From Bradyrhizobium sp. CCGE-LA001 (GTDB lineage Bacteria; Pseudomonadota; Alphaproteobacteria; Rhizobiales; Xanthobacteraceae), in assembly GCF_000296215.2 (NCBI RefSeq), contig NZ_CP013949.1, forward strand, positions 7,298,248 to 7,322,247: DNA of 24,000 nucleotides, in the 5' to 3' direction. Positions within the stretch are counted from its first letter, which is position 1; each line of letters begins with the position of its first letter. A program made the position numbers and the translations under genes. The notes beneath the pieces were generated by a model, which worked only from the letters and a program-made list of their open reading frames with translations, was not told the DNA's origin and ran no database searches. Positions 9,301 to 13,732 of this stretch are shown in pieces.

Positions 9301-9664
9301 CTTCAACCTGCCCGCCGGCCACGATATTCCCGGCTTGCCAATTATACCCCGCGAACAGGTCGACCATCGAACCGGTCACGTCGCCCGAAAGAATGCTCGC
9401 AGTCGTCCCGACCAAGGTCGAGTTCGACGTCACCACGCCGGCGTTGGTCGAGAGTGAGCTGTTGGCGAAACTGCCAGTCGAGGAGTCCGTCGCATGTCCG
9501 GCGCCCGCACCGAAATAAGCGCCGATATAGGGCCCGGCCCAGCTGTTGACCCAGGCCGGTCGGGGTGGCGCCTTCACAGTCAGGTCGGCGGCTAGAGCTC
9601 CGGCAGAAACCATGATCGAGGCGCCAGCCAATGAAGCGCCCGTCAGTGATGTCAGCTTTTTCAC
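6362..9664 (-). CDS. Outer-membrane protein made of four tandem Omp25/Omp31/RopB-like (OmpA-like, 8-strand) beta-barrel modules behind one signal peptide
   Basis: One uninterrupted ORF; the track gives 6362..9877. I place the start at the in-frame GTG at 9664, preceded by GGGGGGTTGGG. This gives MKKLTSLTGASLAGASIMVSAGALA-AD, a normal signal peptide, whereas the 71 residues upstream are non-protein-like. Four units each begin W-A-G-P-Y-[IL]-G-A-Y-F and each end AD[FL]H..KIG.VY.F. Confidence 0.8.
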   Translation of the reverse strand: MKKLTSLTGASLAGASIMVSAGALAADLTVKAPPRPAWVNSWAGPYIGAYFGAGAGHATDSSTGSFANSSLSTNAGVVTSNSTLVGTTASILSGDVTGSMVDLFAGYNWQAGNIVAGGQVEGTVFSDVALKPFGNQTFNSVSTNVLLGVVTSTTAGSATVQSNQQLRSRVGLIGRLGFLARPDLLLYGLGGLELGHFTFADSADPFGGGNNKWVAGYTVGAGGELKLTGNWSLRGEYRYLNFGFNRSAATNSTASSATGATTFVSTSSESSSTRTNADFHLAKIGLVYQFGDSGPLSAMAAIPPAGRGASFASAWGDSWAGPYIGAYFGAGAGRARQTSTRIDDEGSVSTVGGTSAFTQSGFGNLAGDMTGSMVDLFAGYNWRTGNVVAGGQIEGTLFSDVTTKTVGNEAYSSVSTNNGVVTSTSSGTNRIEDRQQLRSNVGVIGRAGYLVTPSVLLYGLGGLALGHLTYPDGYPDSEVRVGGKNGKWVAGYVAGAGGEVKLTDSWSLRGEYRYMHFGYDGNEPTGSSQTSVSGGGTTTSTNSTVNGRHIDADFHVGKIGLVYQFGASGTRSAMAALPSPAWNDGWAGPYIGAYFGAGAGRAAETIATNNTSTSTITIVGTTTSTSTQSTNGRPVGDVTGSMVDLFAGYNWRAGSVVAGGQIEGSVFSDVTFKTIGPHTFTSVDTSNGAVTSTSSGSQTAGNRTQQQLRSNVGVIGRAGYLVTPNVLLYGLGGLALGHFTYADGDFSSGGANGKWVAGYTLGAGGEVKLTGNWSLRGEYRYTHYGFGRNEGSNFASSTQSTGSSSTSLSTDSTTRQINADFHTGKIGMVYRFGEGGPRSAMAALPGAPSDHWAGPYLGAYFAAGAGRARQILASTADSAQQNFNGAVQTTDFVGNTTTRGSAAGDTTGSMVDLFAGYNWRAGNIVAGGQIEGTLFSDVAFKMNGEQTSNTRQVLNGVVTTSVNPTAMQASEQLRSNVGVFGRAGYLVTPKLMLYGVGGLALGHFTFPDPGGVNGPNGKWVAGYTAGAGGEFKLTQRWSLRGEYRYLHFDIDRAETRTSSSTQIQGATTILRANADSTSRKTSADLHIAKIGAVYAFCYCD
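6365..9541 (-). repeat. Four in-frame direct repeats of ~750 nt (coding repeats, one beta-barrel module each)
   Basis: Module coordinates, from the conserved Trp codon to the VY.FG end: 8792-9541, 7967-8710, 7166-7909 and 6365-7111. The Trp codons fall at residues 113, 390, 657 and 923 of the track ORF (spacing 277, 267 and 266 aa). Blocks conserved in all four are TGSMVDLFAGYNW..GN/S.VAGGQ.EG..FSDV, QQLRS.VG..GR.G.L, L.YG.GGL.LGH.T., KWVAGY..GAGGE.KLT..WSLRGEYRY and AD.H..KIG.VY. At the DNA level, TATTC[GA]CCGCGCAGCGACCA recurs near 6537, 7327, 8130 and 8955. Confidence 0.85.
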
Positions 9665-9673
9665 CCCAACCCC

Positions 9674-9691
9674 CCAATTCCAATTCCAATT
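9674..9691. repeat. (CCAATT)x3 tandem hexamer; (AATTGG)x3 on the coding strand of the OMP gene
   Basis: CCAATTCCAATTCCAATT was read directly. It sits 10-27 nt upstream of the proposed GTG start (9664), directly abutting the G-rich RBS. It is the source of the WNWNWNW peptide in the over-extended ORF. Confidence 0.7.
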
Positions 9692-9892
9692 CCAGAACAA
9701 GAAAATGTTACCGGAAGAGCAGATGAAAAGCCGTTGCGCGCATACAACAAGTTCGACGTTTCGGAGTCGAAGCCGACCTAAGTTATTGATACTTATATGA
9801 AATGCGTCAGGTTGTCGCACTTGGAAGATGCAACTTAATCCTGCACAGCGCGACAACATTGTCGCGCGAGGCCGCATCAGCTCGGCGCCTCA

Positions 9893-9931
9893 TCCCAAAA
9901 CAAAAATGGCCCGCATCAAGCGGGCCATTTT
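9893..9931 (-). terminator. Rho-independent terminator downstream of the tRNA-Met 3' end
   Basis: AAAATGGCCCGC (9903-9914) and GCGGGCCATTTT (9920-9931) form a perfect 12-bp stem with loop ATCAA. On the minus strand the stem is followed by TTTTTGTTTT. It lies 27 nt after the tRNA CCA end (9958). Confidence 0.75.
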
Positions 9932-9957
9932 CGTATCGGATCCGGTCAATCCGAATT

Positions 9958-10002
9958 TGGTTGCGGGGATAGGATTTGAACCTATGACCTTCAGGTTATG
10001 AG
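9958..10002 (-). pseudogene. 3' half only (anticodon loop to CCA) of an initiator-type tRNA-Met(CAT) gene; probable att junction of the integrated element
   Basis: The minus strand reads CTCATAA-CCTGA-AGGTC-ATAGG-TTCAAAT-CCTAT-CCCCGCA-A-CCA. This gives an anticodon loop with CAT, the 3' anticodon stem, a variable loop, a complete T-arm, the 3' acceptor strand, the discriminator and CCA. It closely parallels the remembered E. coli tRNA-fMet 3' half (GGGCTCATAACCCGAAGGTCGTCGGTTCAAATCCGGCCCCCGCAACCA). The 5' partner strands (TCAGG and [CT]GCGGGG) are absent from the 80 nt upstream, which is AT-rich unrelated sequence, so the gene is not intact. Confidence 0.75.
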
Positions 10003-10152
10003 TATGAATTTCACAGTTTTCTGGAGTTATCCCAAGACCTCTTGCTTTACCTAAGCCACTTAAAATACTAGTGAAATCTAGCATCGCGATTTCCCGAGAT
10101 ATCCTGCCATTCCCGTTACGGTGGCGACTCGGTGGCGATTCTGGAGGTCAAT

Positions 10153-11391
10153 GTGCCGGTACTGAAGCTGACGCGGAGAACGATCGACGCAATCGAACCC
10201 GTCGACAAGCAGACCATCTTTTACGACAGCGAATTGACCGGTTTTTGCCTCAAGGTCCTTCCCTCCGGCGTCCAGAGGTGGTGCGTCGAATACCGTAGCG
10301 GCGCCGGCGGGCGGAGCGTCGGCAAGACGCGGATGGTCCTTGGGTCCGCCTCGAGCATGACGCCCGACCAGGCGCGCGCTAGGGCCAAATCAACCCTCGC
10401 TGCTGTGGCTCTCGGACAGGATCCCGCCCGCAAGCGCTCGACCGAACGTGCCATGCCAACCTTTGCCGAGTTTGGCGAGCGCTATCTCAGGGAGGAGGCC
10501 GCGGCAAAACTAAAGCCGCGAACGGTCGTCAACTACCGTATCTACCTGCGTAAGCACGCCGCCCCCCTCCTGGGCACCCGCAAGCTCGATGCGCTCGATA
10601 GTGCCGCCATCTCGAAGATGCACCGGAAGATCGGCAAGGAGACGCCGATGACCGCGAATCGGGTCGTCGAGTTCATCGGATCCGTCTTCCGGTACGCTGC
10701 CGTCTGCGGCCTCGTTACCAAGGGGCACAATCCCGCGAGTCATGTCCAAGCATTCCGCGAGCAGCGCCGCGAACGGTTCCTGAGCTCACCGGAACTAGGC
10801 CGCCTGGGAGACGCCATTCGCGAAGCGGAAACGGTGGGCATTCCGTGGGCTGTGGACAAAGACCAGCCGAACGCGAAGCACATCCCGAAAAACGGTCGCA
10901 CGAAAATCGGGCCTCACGTAGCGGCTGCATTGCGCCTCTTGATCCTCACTGGCGCCCGACTGCGCGAAATCCTCGAGCTCAAGTGGGAGTATGTTGACCT
11001 CCAGCGCGGCCTGCTCCTGCTCCCTGACAGCAAGACGGGACAGAAGGCCATCATTCTCAATGCACCGGCTCTCGACATCCTTGGCAAGATTCCCAACGTC
11101 GATTGCTACGTGATCGCCAGCGATATCAAGGGCCAGCCTCGGCACGACCTGAATAAGCCTTGGAAGCTCGTGAGCACGCGATCAGGCCTCGAAGGCGTAA
11201 GAATCCATGACCTGAGACATACCCACGCCAGCTATGGCGCAGGCGCAGGCTTTGGGCTGCCCATTATCGGGAAGTTGCTTGGCCATTCGCAGCCCGCGAC
11301 CACCGCCCGGTATGCGCATCTGGACAATGATCCGTTGCGGCGAGCATCCAACCAAATCGCAAAGGCACTAGCGGAAGCCATGGGCGACTGA
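10153..11391 (+). CDS. int: Tyrosine recombinase / phage-type integrase with N-terminal DUF4102-type arm-binding domain
   Basis: The track ORF is 10132..11391. I prefer the in-frame GTG at 10153, 5 nt after GGAGG (10143-10147). The N-terminus (V)PVLKLTRRTIDAIEPVDKQTIFYDSELTGFCLKVLPSGVQRWCVEYR is the typical arm-binding domain of tRNA-targeting island integrases. The catalytic signature is LILTGARLREILELKW (Arg), HDLRHTHAS (His-x-x-Arg) and LLGHSQPATTARYAHL (His...Tyr nucleophile). Confidence 0.9.
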   Translation: MPVLKLTRRTIDAIEPVDKQTIFYDSELTGFCLKVLPSGVQRWCVEYRSGAGGRSVGKTRMVLGSASSMTPDQARARAKSTLAAVALGQDPARKRSTERAMPTFAEFGERYLREEAAAKLKPRTVVNYRIYLRKHAAPLLGTRKLDALDSAAISKMHRKIGKETPMTANRVVEFIGSVFRYAAVCGLVTKGHNPASHVQAFREQRRERFLSSPELGRLGDAIREAETVGIPWAVDKDQPNAKHIPKNGRTKIGPHVAAALRLLILTGARLREILELKWEYVDLQRGLLLLPDSKTGQKAIILNAPALDILGKIPNVDCYVIASDIKGQPRHDLNKPWKLVSTRSGLEGVRIHDLRHTHASYGAGAGFGLPIIGKLLGHSQPATTARYAHLDNDPLRRASNQIAKALAEAMGD

Positions 11392-11405
11392 CTCCGGGTG
11401 TCGAC

Positions 11406-12131
11406 GTGTCCTTAAACAACAAAGTGAGTGAGTTCACTGATATGGATGATTCCGACTTTCACCTCGTCCAGCCACCGTTTGCCCAACTAGATGAAGCGCT
11501 ATGGTGGATCGAGTTCAAGCAGATTGAAGAAGCCAAGCGAGACGGTTGGACATCAACACTTGAGAGCGCAAATCGGCTTGAAGCCGCTTTGCTCAATGGC
11601 ACACTTCAGGGATACGGCTCCCTGGATGCCGGGCCTGTGCAGCTCATCCAACAATGGACGTGGACCGAGTTTGAGTTTCTCCCCGCTGATCGCGATGGCC
11701 GGCGCATCGAAAAAAAGGTGGATTATATTCCCCAGTTCATAGTCCGCTCCCTCAAAGCCTACCGCGCGGAGGCGCTTAAAGACTTGAGCCAGCCGGCCTC
11801 CAAGCTCCTGCCAGGCCTGAATGAAAATGAACCTGGGTTTCACAGGGTAATGGACCAAATTGTCTTTCTCGAATGCGATCTGCGGCGAGTATTTCCTACG
11901 GAAATCGTTCAAACTAAAGAAGACCCGCCGCTCGATAAAAAGTACCCCAGGTTCCTAAAGGAAATTGAGGGCGAAAAGTACCTCCACAGTCCCGCGCCGG
12001 TCGGGTTCGACCACGTCTTTGGTCTACTCATTGAGTATTTGGAACGGACGGGGCAGCTCAACTCCGTCGACAGTTCGGTCCGGAAGGGGCTTCAACGCCA
12101 CTACAAGGAATTCAGCAAGCACGGACAATGA
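11406..12131 (+). CDS. Hypothetical protein (241 aa), island-borne, low G+C
   Basis: A long ORF in the most AT-rich part of the window, with a protein-like composition rich in E/K/L/F/W. It starts at GTG 11406, 15 nt after the integrase stop, or alternatively at ATG 11442. No motif was recognised. Confidence 0.55.
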   Translation: MSLNNKVSEFTDMDDSDFHLVQPPFAQLDEALWWIEFKQIEEAKRDGWTSTLESANRLEAALLNGTLQGYGSLDAGPVQLIQQWTWTEFEFLPADRDGRRIEKKVDYIPQFIVRSLKAYRAEALKDLSQPASKLLPGLNENEPGFHRVMDQIVFLECDLRRVFPTEIVQTKEDPPLDKKYPRFLKEIEGEKYLHSPAPVGFDHVFGLLIEYLERTGQLNSVDSSVRKGLQRHYKEFSKHGQ

Positions 12132-12234
12132 GACAAAGCAAGACATGTCCGCACTTGTCTGAACAGCTCTCTGCTTTCCCCTTGTAGGACTGGGTTGCCG
12201 GCAGCGCGTCGGCAATTCAAAGGGGAAAAACTTG

Positions 12235-12456
12235 ATGATCGAAAAAGCAACCGAGTCGTCCAAATGGCTGACTCGGAAAGAAGCCGCCGCCTACTTGCGA
12301 CTCGGTGAGAGCACGCTTGCAAAGCTGTTTGTCTCTGGCGACGGACCACCGGCCATCAAGATTGGGCGGTCCGTTCGCTATTCTGCGCTCGACCTGAACG
12401 CGTGGATGGGCTCTCGCCGGCGACGCTCGACGTCTGACAGCGGCTCCGCCGCGTAA
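12235..12456 (+). CDS. Small HTH DNA-binding protein, AlpA/excisionase-like (MerR-type HTH_17)
   Basis: The sequence WLTRKEAAAYLRLGESTLAKLFVSGDGPPAIKIGRSVRYSALDLNAWM matches the 'L+.+EaA.yLg.s..Tl.........P....g....Y....L..W' pattern of prophage/island excisionase-type regulators. The ATG at 12235 is preceded by AGGGGA (12221-12226); the track starts one codon earlier at TTG 12232. Confidence 0.7.
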   Translation: MIEKATESSKWLTRKEAAAYLRLGESTLAKLFVSGDGPPAIKIGRSVRYSALDLNAWMGSRRRRSTSDSGSAA

Positions 12457-12466
12457 GGTTGGGCCA

Positions 12467-13108
12467 ATGGACGTACGAGCCTTTAACCGCGAGAAGATGC
12501 AGTGGCTCAATGCCATCAGTCTTGAGTGCGAGGTCAACTCTACCGCCTTTCGGGTCGCTTATCTTATTGCCGATCATCAAAATTCAGTGGCTGGATTCGC
12601 TTGGCCATCCCTCGCTCGGCTGGCCGGGAAAGTCTGCCTATCGAATAAATCGATTCAGCGGGCGGTCGGGCAGCTGGAAAGACTGGGATGGCTTGAGGTG
12701 GAGCGAAGAAGGGAGCGTTCTAACCGATATCGCTTGAGATGGCCGCCTGGACGAGCCCCGGCGCCCAGGCCAACCGAAGGCAATGATGCAGACAAAACTG
12801 TCCTCGTGGAGAGACAAGAACGTCTCACCGGAGGGGACAAAACTGTCCGCCAATCCTACTTAACTAAATCCCTTAAAACCTTCTCAAGTCGGCTTGGCGG
12901 AGGAAGGCAAGGAACTCGGTTCGCCGATCAAGGCAAATTCGAAGCTGAGATCATTGGGCGATTTGGACCGGGCATGATCGACGTGCTTGAAAAGCTGAAC
13001 GAGATCGACCCCCGCGCCGTCGAACAGCTTTGCCGGCGGGCGAAAAATGGAACCTTGTCACGCGTCGACATTGCCGCTGCTGAGCTGACCGTGGCGCAAA
13101 ATCAATAG
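12467..13108 (+). CDS. Winged-helix DNA-binding protein (island replication/regulatory-type HTH), function unknown
   Basis: The sequence FRVAYLIADHQNSVAGFAWPSLARLAGKVCLSNKSIQRAVGQLERLGWLEVERR has the helix-turn-helix-wing layout seen in phage and plasmid initiator or regulator proteins. It follows the AlpA-like gene by 10 nt. Confidence 0.55.
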   Translation: MDVRAFNREKMQWLNAISLECEVNSTAFRVAYLIADHQNSVAGFAWPSLARLAGKVCLSNKSIQRAVGQLERLGWLEVERRRERSNRYRLRWPPGRAPAPRPTEGNDADKTVLVERQERLTGGDKTVRQSYLTKSLKTFSSRLGGGRQGTRFADQGKFEAEIIGRFGPGMIDVLEKLNEIDPRAVEQLCRRAKNGTLSRVDIAAAELTVAQNQ

Positions 13109-13117
13109 GACCGAAGA

Positions 13118-13492
13118 ATGACAGAATTTGACGAGATATTGTCGAGAGCGCTCGACGCGGCGCGATATTACTACCCGCGTTTGAGCGCAGAGGTCTATGT
13201 CTTTCCAAAGCCAGCCGATGCGGCGCAGCCGCCCGAACCCGCCGCATCGCAACTTCGCGAAAGGAGCTGCCGCATCGCTATCACATGGGTGGAGAGATTA
13301 TTGACGAATGGCGAGTTTGACAAAGGGGCCATCACGATCAGTCAGTTGCGGTCTCGGATTTTTCGTAGCGACCGCATCTTGATTCCGCGCGAGATCATTC
13401 TTGCGATCGCAGTGTACAAATGCGTTGAGATATTCGTCGGCGGACATGATGTCTGGCTCGGGAAGCTCTGGGATGGACCGGTACCATTTTAG
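13118..13492 (+). CDS. Hypothetical protein (124 aa)
   Basis: The ORF starts 9 nt after the previous stop, is co-oriented with it and has a reasonable composition. No motif was recognised. Confidence 0.45.
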   Translation: MTEFDEILSRALDAARYYYPRLSAEVYVFPKPADAAQPPEPAASQLRERSCRIAITWVERLLTNGEFDKGAITISQLRSRIFRSDRILIPREIILAIAVYKCVEIFVGGHDVWLGKLWDGPVPF

Positions 13493-13732
13493 TTGTCTCT
13501 CGTGCTGCGGGAGGGTTTTTAATGTATCCCACGGCCGCGATGTCGGCGCAGAGACGCGGGAGGCTTCCTTGTCGATGCCAATCGAGGCCGAGGGCGAATG
13601 GGGGGACTGCTTCTCATCTCTAAATTCTAGGTAAGGCCATCACAGAATGTCCCCGTGGGGAAGAAGCTGGTCATCCCGCTTGCGGGTCACATCGTCACCG
13701 AGAACAGTTGTTAGCCCGTCACCTCGGACAGG

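Noticed and set aside
6365-9541. Regular ~800-nt periodicity that could suggest a repeat array or CRISPR-like structure
   Set aside because: The period is far too long, and the repeats are in-frame, diverged coding modules of one ORF. No short repeat/spacer organisation exists anywhere in the window.
9665-9877. 71-codon N-terminal extension of the OMP ORF (MRPRATMLSR...FLFWNWNWNWGVG)
   Set aside because: The region is AT-rich, the sequence is not protein-like, and WNWNWNW is merely the translated (AATTGG)3 repeat. A GTG with a G-rich RBS at 9664 yields a proper signal peptide.
9958-10034. A complete tRNA-Met gene
   Set aside because: A 76-77-nt gene would need a 5' acceptor strand [CT]GCGGGG and a 5' anticodon-stem strand TCAGG. 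The sequence there is TGGGATAACTCCAG...AAATTCATA instead, and no D-arm can be formed. Only the 3' 45 nt are tRNA-like.
10042-10066. Possible sigma70 promoter for the integrase (TTGCTT ... TAAAAT)
   Set aside because: The spacer between the hexamers is only 13 nt, too short for a functional -35/-10 pair, so it is not reported as a feature.
9890-10084. 64-aa minus-strand ORF
   Set aside because: It is translated straight through the terminator hairpin and the tRNA fragment, so it is an artefact.
13493-13732. Search for a terminator or a second att/tRNA repeat in the gap between the island's + strand module and the KAP gene end
   Set aside because: Only very short stems are present (for example CCCGC-tt-GCGGG). 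There is no U-tract and no similarity to the 45-nt tRNA segment, so nothing is supportable.
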